From Sphaerodactylus townsendi (lineage: Eukaryota), in contig NC_059429.1 in assembly GCF_021028975.2 (NCBI RefSeq), forward strand, positions 76,756,001 through 76,820,000: 64,000 nucleotides of DNA, read 5' to 3'. The notes under the pieces were generated by a model. It had not been told where the DNA came from and made no database searches. It saw only the letters and a program-made list of their open reading frames with translations. Made by a program: the position numbers and the translations under genes. Each line of letters opens with the position of its first letter. Within the stretch, counting starts at the first letter, position 1. Of the stretch, positions 11,867-24,400 are shown one piece after another.

Positions 11867-14800
11867 TTATCTCTTGTCCTTCATCATCTCCTTCAGGCGC
11901 CACATGGCAGCCATATATCTGGTGATTTCAGTGCTTCGACTAGGGAAGTTCAGTCTCTTGTCATTCCGGTCAGTACTGATCTGCAAAGAAAAACTTCATC
12001 ATAATATAAAAAACATTTGGCAGAAGGAGTAATGAACTGAACATCTGACAACCCATACTTGGCTGGAATCTCTGACTTCTGATAATCCTACAGTATTTCA
12101 AGTTTTCTGAAATGTCTAGAAATGGCTTGATCTTGCCCCCCCTCCCAGTCTCCCATTACTTGGCAACCCTTAGCTCCACACAAGCCCCCTTAAACCTACT
12201 CACCAAAGGTGTGGAGAACCAGCCAATTTCCTGGCCCTCTGTCTGTGGTTCTTTATATTTCTTAGTTGGTTCAAGTGCAGCATGATGAATAAGTTTCAGG
12301 AATTTAGCTGTAGGGTCAAAGAACAGGTATTAAGTGAGAATTACTTCATATAGAGTATCAATACAATGCATCAATAGTTATGAGCCACTGAGATAAAGTG
12401 AATCCTTAAAGTAATTGATATCGCTAATTCTCAATGTGGCCAAATATGTGGATATTTAAAGTCAGAGAGTAGAGCCATGAACAGACATTGCATATGTTTC
12501 TACAAACATGACAAAGGCTCATTCCGCACATGCAGAATAATGCACTTTCAAACTGCTTTCACTGTTCTTTGAAGCTGTGTGGAATAGCAAAATCCACTTG
12601 CAAACAGTTGTGAAAGTGGTTTGAAAATGCATTATTTTGCGTGTGCAGAAGGGGCCAAAGTCTCCTGCTTGAAGAGAAATCTAAAATCTATAAAAACAAT
12701 GGGAAATTAAAACCCTCCAAAGTGAACAGGATATATTGAATGTTAAGAGTGGCTCTTGGCACCAGTGGCTTTAAGAAATGAATGTCCTCAGTGGTTGCTG
12801 CCAGCATTCAAGCCTTGGTTTCTGTCAGTAAAAGGGGGGTGGGGTGGTCAATGCCCTTTTCAGGGCTGTTCTGGCCTTTGAAAAGAACTCATTGAGGCCA
12901 GACCTAGCAGCAAGTCACTTGGCATTTCCTACCATGTGACTTTCATGACTCACCCAGGCCCAACTACTTGCTACAGCCACCCTATGAAACCAGTAGTGGT
13001 AGAGTTTCAAAATAGGCTCTGGAAGACCTAGGTTTGAATTCTCACTCTGTTCTACATGTTCACCGAATGACTGTGGGCCGGTCAAGTGCACTCAGCCTAA
13101 ATTACCTCATGGTTAGTGTGAGGAAAAAAAACAGAAGAATGATATAAGTTGCTTTGGGGTTCTATTCTGGAGAAAGGTAGGATATAGATTAAAAACCAAA
13201 GATGGGGGATAAATAAAATGTAGGTTGGTTGGTGGAAAGGAGAGAAGGAAAAGGTAAGAAATGGGTTGCCAGAAAGAAGCAAAGACCAAATAGTGTGGAG
13301 AGGGGGATACAGAGGAAAATGAGATGCCTTGTTTAAATTCTTGTGGGTTCACTCACGCAGAACTGCCTGGCAGCTGCCACTATAAAACTTGACCTGTAAT
13401 TTTCCTGGGTAGAGACTACAAACGGGAGAGAAAGCTGACAATTGGAGGGTTGCTAGGGAAGGAAAAGAAAGAACAGTGGAGGAGGATTAAATGAGATGAC
13501 TCCCAAAAGTCCTTGTGAGTCCCTCCACTTCTGTGCATTATTACATAGCACTGCAGCATACATAACTTACCTGGACTGTCCAAATTTTGCAATTGCCTGC
13601 TAGGTAATTTTAACATGTTACTTGTGCTTACTCCCATGAAAGATTTTACTATCTTGGTAGCATTTGCATCTTGCTTGGACTGTGGATTAGTATCACAAAA
13701 AGCACTTTCCTTTTCATATATGCTGAACAACCAGAAATATGTCAGAAACAGTAATTTTGCAATCTGTATTTCTCAGTCTGTTAATGGCAAAGCAACAGTA
13801 AACAATGGCTTTAAATCATTCATTACCATCAGCGGGCTCCTCTAAGTTATCATGCCACGACATTGGCTTTCGGGTGATAGTGTGAACTGAAGGCAAAAAA
13901 ATGCATATTAGTTCATTTATTTAAAATGCATATATCCTGTCTTTATCTTTTTCAACTCAACAAGCAACAAAAAGATGCAAGGATACAAAAAAAAGTCTAT
14001 TGACTATACAAGTTAAAAATGTAGCCAGATCTGCCAAAACAATTTACTGTCCAACAACTATCTTCTGAAATAAAACTCTTGTACACCTTCCTGAATGCAG
14101 CGTGTGAAGGCACCCTCTATTCCCACCATTACAGCAGACTGCATCTACCACAGAAAAAGGCCATGAATTAACTGTTGCTATATGGACCGGCCTAAGAAAC
14201 GGTGCTACAAAGCAAAGGCTGTTTGAACATAGCTGGCCTTTGGCCAAGGACGGCCACAACTAAAATATCTCATGCCAGAATGGGCAGTGATTCATTTCCA
14301 TCTTTGTCAGGAATTGTATTTCCTAAAGGAAAACTTTAAGATGACGCTCTTAGCTCCTCAAGTGGCAGAGACAACAAGGTATTCTGGTCATCTGATGTAT
14401 AATTTTGCCATGCACCTGCCTACTGCCGAGGGCCTGCCCACTTCAAGCCTTTCATGAAATTAGGTGTGTAACTGTCAGTATGGGTGCCTCTGTTATTGAA
14501 CTCTGACTGTCCCTTGTGTTTGGATTTTAATGGATTAGTTTAATGATATGCTGTTTTGTTTAGTAGCCACTGCTATGCTATGGGCTATTAGGAATCTCCA
14601 TCCCCTGATTTTACTGGGCACTGGGACATTAATTTTCTTATAGCCTTGACTTCTGCTGGATCATGAGGCATCTCTTATTATCACCATGCACCTGTAAAAG
14701 CAGACTGTTAAGGAAAAAGATCCTTCAACAATAAAAAAGGGTGCCTGCAGGCTTCACTCAGTGTTGCTGCTCCTGTCTTCATATACTGCTGATGCCGATA

Positions 14801-15074
14801 GATCTAGCCTCCAAAATCAACGGTGCACTTTCCCCCCTTTGTGTTCTGTGGTGCTGGGGAAAGCCAACCCGTGTGGTGCGGAAATCGCCTCTCCCCCACC
14901 CCGCTCGCCAAGCTCAGTGCTGCTCCTTACTGCCGTACCCTTTAGGAGGGGGTTCACCCCGTACTCAGTGTGCAGGCGCTGGCATCGCAGTTCTTTTCGG
15001 ACCGTTTCACAGAAGATCTTGTTCTGACTTACGGGGTCGAGCGGCTCCTTGGTGGCTCTCGCGACCCCTGCCAT
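11867..15074 (-). CDS. CFAP144: Cilia- and flagella-associated protein 144 (FAM183A), complete, 137 aa, 4 coding exons
   Basis: Exons 15074-14939 ([45 protein letters not shown]), 13886-13827 ([20 protein letters not shown]), 12307-12204 ([35 protein letters not shown]), 11980-11867 ([37 protein letters not shown]); 414 nt, GT-AG, in frame. [17 protein letters not shown] and QEIGW match recalled FAM183A. Tail-to-tail with EBNA1BP2 as in human. AATAAA on the minus strand at 11719-11714. Confidence 0.93.
12516..12656. mobile_element. PIF/Harbinger-like MITE
   Basis: Imperfect TIRs GGCTCATTCCGCACATGCAGAATAATGCA / TGCATTATTTTGCGTGTGCAGAAGGGGCC; 3-bp flanking repeat AAA. Confidence 0.7.
12990..13220 (+). 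mobile_element. Old tRNA-derived SINE
   Basis: Degenerate A/B-box head (CCAGTAGTGGTAGAG...GGTTTGAATTC), CCTAAATTACCTCATGGTTAGTGTGAGG core, tail GAAAGGTAGGATATA. Confidence 0.55.
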
Positions 15075-15290
15075 ATACCTCTGTCTGGGAAACTTTCCTC
15101 GGTGTTTTTTGCCCTGGTTTCCTAGCAACTGAATGGGATCTTTACTGTCTTAAGACAGGAAGTCGGGCTTCGCCTCTTTTTCTCTCATTGGTTGAGAAAT
15201 TAAAGCTCCCGCAGCGCTGATTGGCTGATCTGCTCAGGGCTTAACATTTGAATCCGCGTTCGGGGAAAGCTGGAAGACGTAAGTCGGCAC
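15075..15290. promoter_or_regulatory. Bidirectional promoter CFAP144/PIF1: RFX X-box, ETS site, two CCAAT boxes and CHR element
   Basis: X-box GTTTCCTAGCAAC at 15117-15129; AGGAAGT at 15157-15163; inverted CCAAT boxes (ATTGG) at 15187 and 15220; CHR TTTGAA at 15247-15252; candidate PIF1 non-coding exon 1 donors GTAAGT at 15279 and 15304; acceptor at 15431-15432. Confidence 0.8.
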
Positions 15291-15444
15291 GAAACAAACC
15301 CAAGTAAGTCATTGCAAAACCTGGTGGATATAAAAAAGCCGATATTTCTCCAAGGACGAATCCAGTTCGGTTCTAGTCCGTTTTGCACAAATCACCCATC
15401 TTAGCCGGTCTTCGGCTTCAATTTCTCTACAGTTCGGGGACAGC

Positions 15445-18400
15445 ATGCAGCTCAGCTGCCAGTCCGACGGGCGCATTCGCTGCACTGTAGCTATCGAGCA
15501 TTTGGGTGCAGCAGTCCCGAGTCGAGTGCTGCTTCGGGACGCCTGGGTGACCTTGGGCCGGGATGAGTTCCGAGAGCTGGCGTTGCAAGTGACAAATAGC
15601 AGTGGTCCGGAAATTCCCCGCAACTTCCCTTTACGCCGGGATGGAGTGCGACTGTTCACACGTTTCATGAAAGACGGGAAAAGCTCGGTGCGTTTGGGTT
15701 CAGGCACCAAGGGCGTGCAGCTGCTGTTCTCGAACTGCCCTCCCGACCTGTTGCGTCGCTTCATTCAGACGCTGCGCATCAAATTCAAAGCAACCCAGGA
15801 GGGGGTTCGGCCCGTGAGCGAACGGACGAGGCTTCTCTCTGGCCTGCCGCGCACCTTCGACACAGTCAGCCCCGTGCAGGTCCGCGACTTGCAGCAGGGG
15901 AGGGTCAGGCAAATCTTGGCTGATGTGGCCACCACCCCGACCAAAAGCCAGGCCCTTTGCGGTGAGCTTCGAAAACGTGCCCGGGATGAATCGGTGGGTG
16001 GCAACCAGGTGAGACGTCGGTTTGAACACTGAAACACTTTTGAATACTGCTTAACTAGCCTTTCTTGCTTCAAGTAAGGCTAAAGGCAGAGCCGGGGGGG
16101 TGGGGGGTGGCACCCGGGGGCAACACCTGCTCCTAGAGGAAAAGGCTTAGCTGGGAAAAGGCTTAGCTTGCTTGGAAGCCGTATCATCTAGGTGACAGCT
16201 CTAGTTACTGATTTGAGGTACTAAACTAGAGAGCAAGAGCATGGAGATGAAAATGCATTTTGCATGTGCTTACAAGTGCATCTCCTTCATTTATTTACTT
16301 TACCTATAGTTTGTCTTTCCCAGGGAAACTCGAGGACAGTTACTGGTTATAAACAGTGCAATGAGACAGCCAAAGATCAATGTGACGGATTAGGATTATA
16401 GAATTAGTGAACAAGTCATCTAAACCAAATTATACTATAAGTAATACAGAAAGTGGAATTTCAAGGTGAAACAATGTGGTTAAGGTAGGTGATACTAACA
16501 GTAGTCATTGCAGTAGACTACCATAATATTCTGTTGTGTCTTCCTTATTTATTTAAACATAATTAAACTTCACAACACATATTTCAAATCTAGGTTGTGA
16601 TATTGGAAACAATCATAATTTAAATGAAGATTTACCTTGGAGTGTGTGATTAGGAATGCAAATTCAACACATCTCTTTTAGTTCTTCATGCATTTATTTT
16701 TATTATTTATTTTATAAGATTTATATCCCACCTTATCCTCGCAGGGATTTATTATTATTAAATAATAATAAAAGCAAGTGTGGAGGAAATCTATCAAGGG
16801 CTTCAGGGTATAAGGGCATTGGGGGTTGACTTGGTCTCCCTTTGCACCAGTGATGATTATTGAGTGGATAAAATTGTGGGAACTCAGAACTAGTACCTGC
16901 ATGCCATCCACTGAAGAAGCAAATGTGCTTGCCTAGTCTAAAAAAAGACTGGGAATTGGTTTTGCTGGATCCCTCCCCCATATTTTCCTGCAAGGGTAGA
17001 TACTTCGCTGATTTGGTTCCACATCTAGTGTAAGGTACTACTGTGGCTATTACCCATGTGACTTTCTTTCAGATATGCAGGTTTAGTGACACTGAGCATC
17101 CATAAAGTTTTTCAAACTTTCAAAGCACCTGCATTCTCTGTAATCCTTATAATATGTATGTAAGGTAGATCAGAAGTAGTACTTCAGTACTGCAGATGCA
17201 GGAGCTGAATGGTGAAAACAGATGCTTATGTGATATGAAATTTGAAAGGGGGAGTTTAACAGTCTTGGCAGCATATCTCACTTGAAAAGTACAACCTCTT
17301 CCTTGAATGAACTAGCATATTGCTGTTCAGATTATATTTTTCTTCAGCATGGCATAATAGTTAAGAGTGGCTGACTCTAATCTGGAGAACTGGGTTTGAT
17401 TCCCCACTCTTCCACATAAATGACTAACTCTTATCTGGTGAACTGGATTTGTTTTCTCACTCATATACATGAAGCCTGTTGGGTGACTTACAGCTAGTCA
17501 CATGTCTCTCAGAACTCTCTCAGCCCCATTTACCTCACAAGGTGCCTACTGTGAGGAGCAGAAGGGAATGAGTGTAAGATGCTTTGAGGGTATAAAAACA
17601 GACTCTTCTTATATGCAACAGAATGGATGGAGAGGATGGTTTTGTGTGACATTCTTATAAGACACTTAAGATTTGTTGAGTTTTTAGGGCAAGACGTTCC
17701 TTGGAGAGTAGGCTTTGTCTCAGTATTGGATTTTCCTCCAGGTGACTGAAATACAATCAGCTAAGAAGCTGCCTTGGTTGATGCGCTCCAGAGCCACACT
17801 CACACAGGATCAATCAATGGTGCTGAATGCAGTGCTGAGTGGAAAGAATGTCTTCTTCACAGGCAGTGCTGGTGAGACAGGAAGGGGAAAGAGTTGCTTC
17901 ATTGGGTGGGAGATGCAGTGGCTTAATCTGCCATATTGTGAGTTCCAAATAACTTGGGGATTCTAATTCAATCCTGGGGATTCTAATTGAAGATTTTCCA
18001 TTGCTGTTGTTCTTAGAGCTCGAGGATGGATAGCATCTTACTAACACGTATCGAAATCTGATGTTTCTGTTCTATTTTTGAGATGTCGGTGGGAAGAGAT
18101 TCTCCTGACCTCTGTACTTATTGAATAATGCTCTTCCCAGTTGGGCAATATTACTATCTGCTGTTTGCCATGTAATGGTTCTCATGTAATAGGAAGTCAC
18201 AGATGGGGATGAAAGAGAAGGTGGGAATGGAATAGAAAGGCTAACTAAATTGACACGGACTGCATGTGTCTAAGACCGCTGTTATTTCCAAAGGGACTGG
18301 AAAATCCTACTTGCTGAAAAAGATTGTGGCCTCACTGCCTCCGAACAGCACTTATGCCACAGCCAGCACAGGAGTAGCAGCATGTCAAATTGGTGGCACC

Positions 18401-21400
18401 ACCCTCCATGCCTTTGCAGGTAACCAAGGCGCTGGGAAGAAAGCAGGGCAGGAAGAATCTGATGTTGGGATACCCATGATGCTCTCTTTCTCCCCCAAAT
18501 CTTTGCAGGTATTGGTTCTGGAAAGGCCCCCCTCCACCAGTGCACTGAGCTGGCTCAGAGGTCAGGGGTACGGCTACAGTGGCTAAATTGCTGTCATCTG
18601 ATCATTGATGAGATCTCTATGGTGGATGGTGAATTCTTTGATAAGCTGGAGGCAGTAGCCAGGTATGTACTCACAGGGAATATTCCTGCATCTACTTTTT
18701 TCATGTGAGGGTGAGGTATGGTGGTATAATGGTGGTATATATGGAGCAGCAGTGGCATAGGAGGTTAAGAGCTTGTGTATCTAATCTGGAGGAACTGGGT
18801 TTGATTCTCCGCTCTGCCGCCTGAGCTGTGGAGGCTTATCTGGGGAATTCAGATTAGCCTNNNNNNNNNNNNNNNNNNNNNNNNNNNNNNNNNNNNNNNN
18901 NNNNNNNNNNNNNNNNNNNNNNNNNNNNNNNNNNNNNNNNNNNNNNNNNNNNNNNNNNNNNNNNNNNNNNNNNNNNNNNNNNNNNNNNNNNNNNNNNNNN
19001 NNNNNNNNNNNNNNNNNNNNNNNNNNNNNNNNNNNNNNNNNNNNNNNNNNNNNNNNNNNNNNNNNNNNNNNNNNNNNNNNNNNNNNNNNNNNNNNNNNNN
19101 NNNNNNNNNNNNNNNNNNNNNNNNNNNNNNNNNNNNNNNNNNNNNNNNNNNNNNNNNNNNNNNNNNNNNNNNNNNNNNNNNNNNNNNNNNNNNNNNNATA
19201 GCTGTATCAAATTCTGCCTTGGTACATACAACCTCTGTTTGAGTCCTTGGTAGATAAATGGGTAAAGTATAGCGGCATATTGCTTTGGGGGGGGGGGGGG
19301 GATGCTATCAGCCTAGATTCAGCAGCAACCAGCTCCACAACTGTACTTCCATTCACATCTACTCTTTGGTTCCACATCTAGTGTAAGGTACTACTGTGGC
19401 TATTAGCCAACATTTGTAATGTGTGTCCTCCAGGCAACTGGTTCCACTCCTTAGTTTAATGTTCCGAATGCTGCCCATTTGCTTATTTTTCCACTCAAGG
19501 TTGCTGAATTACACAGCAAACTGTTCTGCCTCTGGCCAAGTGTCAGTAAACTGGGTTCTGTTTCTTTTTAATATATCACATGAACTGCAGGCGCTGCAAG
19601 GGAAATATGACGTGTGGGTTGAACAAGATAGAAGGCTTTTTATTACAGTACCTCGAAGAGAGAAAAAGCTTCAACATTACTACTTGCTCAAAATGCTTAG
19701 CATACTTTCAGCAATCCTAACCGCCATCATATAAGGCAGGTCACGATTCTTCTACAGTACAGGGTAGTCTAGTGGTGGCGGCAATGATCATGACTGAGCG
19801 TAGTTATCCAGTCTGCTCATGAATAAACTGAGAAAGCTTTTTGTGGTCTTAACCATAGTGCTATGCTAACTCCCTAAATCTACTGTAATGTAATACATTA
19901 CACAGTTGCAGATATTCTGCTTTTTTTCCACCTACTCATAAAATCTGAAGCTCTTTGTTGGTTTTAGAAGAGAGCTTTGCCTTAGATTCAGGAAGGATAA
20001 TGGACTTTTACAGAGAATCTAAGGACTATGGTAGAATTTGGATTGCACCATGCAAGTAATGTCACTTTGAACGTCTAATGAGACTAAGTCTCCAGGCAGC
20101 ATTGATATGAAAGGACTTCTTGGCTGCTATGGTGGAAGGATGTTTGGCCATGGTGGAAGGACTGTGGTGGAAAGACTGTTTGGCTGCCATGGCATGAGTT
20201 TAGCTGGTTTCAAGGTTTTTGCTTTCTGTTCACTCCTGGATAAGTGTGATAGCTGATCACTGACAGTGTTTATTTTTCTATGCTGCTTTGTTAGAACTAT
20301 CAGGAAATGTGAGGATCCATTTGGAGGAATTCAGCTCATCATCTGTGGAGACTTCCTGCAACTACCCCCAGTCAGCAAAGGCACCGAGCAAGCCAAGTTT
20401 TGCTTCCAGGTACTCTGGTGATGAAGTTGCTCAATACATATCCTGCTGCTGGCTGGCCTCTACCCAAAATTTCTTTCACAGGCAAAGAGTTGGATGAAGT
20501 GTATCCACTTGAACATGGAACTGACCAAAGTGCAGAGGCAAACTGACAGGGACTTCATTGCTCTTCTGGATGCAGTTCGGCAGGGCAGGTATACTATCAC
20601 CTTTTCCCACAATAGAATCAGTAACTATGATAATGTTCCCATTGATATCCAACAATCAGCTTTTCAAATGGCCATGGGCTGCCAAAGGAAGATTGGAAAG
20701 ATCTTTGTGTACATATTCTTGTGTACAAACACACAAATTAGTTTTCCTATTTTGATGGAGTTATAATTTCAGTATTATTATAGAAGGAAACATTGCAAGT
20801 TGGATATGACCAGTGAGGTATTGTGCTGAACCTGTCTTGGTGCACATCTAGATGGGTTCTTGGGTTGGAGTAATGATTTTATGTGTTCTTCATCAAATAC
20901 TCTAGGTCTTTGCTGTCTTGTTTTTAAACGGTCTCATCAATTTTTGTCAGATGCACAGAGGAGGTCACCAAACAGTTAACTGCAACAGCAGCCCACAGGG
21001 TGGAAAGAGATGGAATCCTGGCCACTCAGTTGTGCACCCACAAGGATGATGTGGAACTGACAAATACGAAACGACTGCAGAAGCTATCTGGTGGGAATGC
21101 CAAAGCAAAGGTTGTAGAAAACACTGCAAGGGATGGGGAGATGTCCAGGTGTGGTAAGATCTGCAGATGGCAGGGGCCAGCATTGCAGATCTTTTTGTAG
21201 CAGCTTCTTTCTAGACAAAACAGCAATGTAAAAGATAATCTCAGGGACCACTTGTGTCTCACCAGCAATAAAGTTTCCCTGTCCTGAGATCTGCTAGTGT
21301 TTGATAAAAGAATGAAAGGATTGTCTAGGTTGAGCTGAGGCAAAAGGGGGAAGGATTAGTTTTGTCTGTACCCAGAATGCACACGTGTGGTTGGAATTTA

Positions 21401-24400
21401 AAGAGACTTGATATTTGGGATTTTTGGGACAATGTTTTGGAAGTGGCATTTTCAGTAATGTGTAATGCCTGGGTCTTCAGTATCTAGAGCTATGGAAATG
21501 CCTATTAATGAGACCCTGTACAATCATTTTTGCTTATAAGAAAAAATATGGGGAGCTCTTTGAAAAAACATTAAGAATTACAAGATCACAAGTTCTTGCA
21601 TGTACTTTGACTTTTGTAGGAGAACCACGGTGCTTCAAGGCAGTGGATAGTGACCCTGGGTTGGTGAAAACTTTAGATGCACAGTGTCCTGTAAGCAGCA
21701 TCATTGAACTTAAACTCGGTGCCCAGGTAAGACACAAACATTGCATATGTTGTTACCTAGACTTAGAGGCAGTTCATAGACTGGCAATGGGATCTCATCT
21801 CCACTTGAGGAGGTTTTTATTTCCATTACTTTGCTCACTAGCATCACTCTTTTACATACTCATTACATTACCTGATAAGTGATTTTGATCACTACTTCTG
21901 TTCCGTTTAGACTGGAGTCTGTGTAATAACTATAAGTATTGCTACCAGTAATAAAGGCTCCTGGAGTCAGAAATTGTAAACCAAGTCAAGCAGACTTTAT
22001 TAGAACCGCTCTGTGTCAGCTGAGTATATATTGGAAACTACTTTTTCTAATGAGCCTGTTCCTTCTAGGCCTTGCAGTAAGCGGGCTCTACTTCATATCT
22101 GTAAACCTTGGCATTTCAGCAATGTTAAATACTGGAGGAAGTTATGGGATTTTTTTGAAGCCGCAACAAACATTTGAAATAATAAAACTTTTTCCCAGGG
22201 ATTGTGGGTAGGTGAACCTTTTTTGTGAATGTTCTGTAACTGAGGAGGCCCTTGTGGTGGTTCTTGTGTCTTTTTCCAATAGGTGATGCTTACCAAGAAT
22301 TTGGATGTATCCCGGGGTTTGGTAAATGGGGCTCGTGGAGTTGTGATTGGTTTTGAAACTGAAGGAAAAGGTTGGTTTCTAAAAAGCATACTTGACAGTG
22401 GCTTTTAGTCTTGCTTCCTGAAAAGAGGGAGCATTGTAAATCCTATGGGGCCTCTGCTTTGTGCAACAGCTTTTTTTTAAACTGCTGTGCTTTGATCCAT
22501 AGCTTGTATTCTTTCCTGCTCTATCTTAACTGTAATTAAATTTGGCATATTCATTTGGAGTGTTTGTCACTGGCGTTCCTGCCTAGGGACATGGGGTACC
22601 CCTTGTCCCTGGGCGCATAGATTGAGGTCACGTGGGGGGCGCCAAAACATCCTCCCACACAGCTAGGGATTGAGAAAGCCCTAGAAAGCAGGCACTGAAG
22701 CCGCAGACTGCTCCCAGTGCCTGTCGTAGCCCCGCCCACTCTGTACGGTGGCCTGGAGTGTCCAGGGGGCGGGGAAGAAGTCCCACTGGGCTCCCAGGAG
22801 CAGGACTGGGGAGCTCCGCCTCCCCTCCCTCTAACCCTCTAATGCCTTATTCGCCTTAAGTGTGGCATTTCTCAGAAGCCTTCTCCCCGGCAGCAGGCAC
22901 AGGAAAAGGCAAGCTGAGCAGGGAGCCCAGAGACTAGCAGCCGAACTGGAAAGATGATGCATGGATGTTTGCTTGGTAAAACCTTGGGGTGACTCTAGTA
23001 GAGAGAGAGATTTACATGCTTGGGTAAAAGTTAATTCCCACTTGCACTGGCTTGAGCTGGCTTCTGCTCCAGGCTAGGCAGCCTACCTCACAGGGTTGGT
23101 GTGAGGACACACCATTAGGAAAGTGGGTGGGGAGAGAGCCATGCCTGTCTTTGCTTGGGGGTTGGGGGTGATTTGTGAGGGATGATGCTGATGTTTGCGT
23201 TTGGTAAACCTTCAGATGGGGGGTGACTCTGTGAGAGATTTACATGCTTAAAAGTTAAATTCCCCTTGCACTGGCTTCTTGAGCTGGTTTCTCAGGCTAG
23301 CAGCCTACCTCACAGGGTTGGTGTGAGGACACAATTAGGAAAGTGGTGGGGAGGGAGCCATGTATGTTTTGCTGTAGGTAGGAGGTGATTTGTGAGAGAT
23401 GATGCTGATGTTTGCTTAGTAAACCTTCAGATGGGGGGTGACTTGTGAGAGATTTACATGCTTAAAAGGTTATTCCCACTTGCACTGGCTTGGAGCTCTT
23501 TCTGAGGCTAACAACCTACCTCATAGGGTTGGTGTGAGGACACAATTAGGAAAGAGAGTTGGTGGGGAGAAAGCCATGTATGTTTTGCTGGTGGTGGGAG
23601 GTGTTTTGTGAGCTGGTGCAAAAAATCATTGTTTGGTCGTTGTGGGGGAGGGTGGTTGTCCATACCTGGGGTGAGGGGGCACCAAACTCAGATTTTGTCC
23701 CCGGGCTCCAGTTTGCCTAGATTCGCCCCTGGTGTTTGTTGAAGGCTGCTGTGGCTGAAATGGAAGAGCTTTGGAAACTACTTTGAAACAACTCAAAACA
23801 TGTCATTGCCAGCTCCTTAGACTAGACATGAGAAAGAAAGTCTTTTAGAAAATGGAAGTCCAGTTTGACTGATGAAGAATATGAGAGGGAACACAAATGG
23901 TGGCAAAAGAGAAGCAAGTTAGCTGTAAGGGAGGCAAAAAAGGATTATGAGGAACGCATGGCTGCGAACATCAAGACCAGCAACAAACTGGTCTTCAAGT
24001 ATATCAAAAGTAGGAAGCTAGCTAGGGAAGCGGTAGGCCCGTTAGATGACAAAGGAACAAAGGGTGTGCTGAAAGATGACAGGGAGATTGCAGAGAAGCT
24101 GAATGAATTCTTTGCATCTGTCTTCACCCGAGAGGAGGTGAGGAAAATTCCTGCACCTGAACCATGCTTCTTAGGAGGTGAATCCGAGGAACTAGCGAAG
24201 ATAGTGGTAGACAAGGAAGAAGTTCTGGTAGCCATTAAAAAACTAAATGCTACCAAATCCCCTGGCCCAGATTGCATTCACCCAAGAATTCTTAAAGAGC
24301 TCAAGTATGAAATTGCTGATCTTCTCACTTTAATATTCAACTTGTCCCTGAAATCAGGCTCCATCCCTGAAGACTGGAAGATGGCCAATGTCACACCAAT

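Noticed and set aside
15309-16073. Overlapping minus-strand ORFs (151, 109 and 102 aa)
   Set aside because: Antisense shadows of the GC-rich first coding exon of PIF1; no recognisable protein.
18854-19231. 125-aa ORF consisting mostly of X
   Set aside because: Artefact of the N gap.
19783-19832. C/D-like boxes in a PIF1 intron
   Set aside because: The C box is imperfect (ATGATCA) and the span is too short (~48 nt).
22950-23600. Repeat array resembling a CRISPR-like structure
   Set aside because: Eukaryotic DNA; the units are diverged ~190-bp tandem copies without unique spacers, inside a hAT element.
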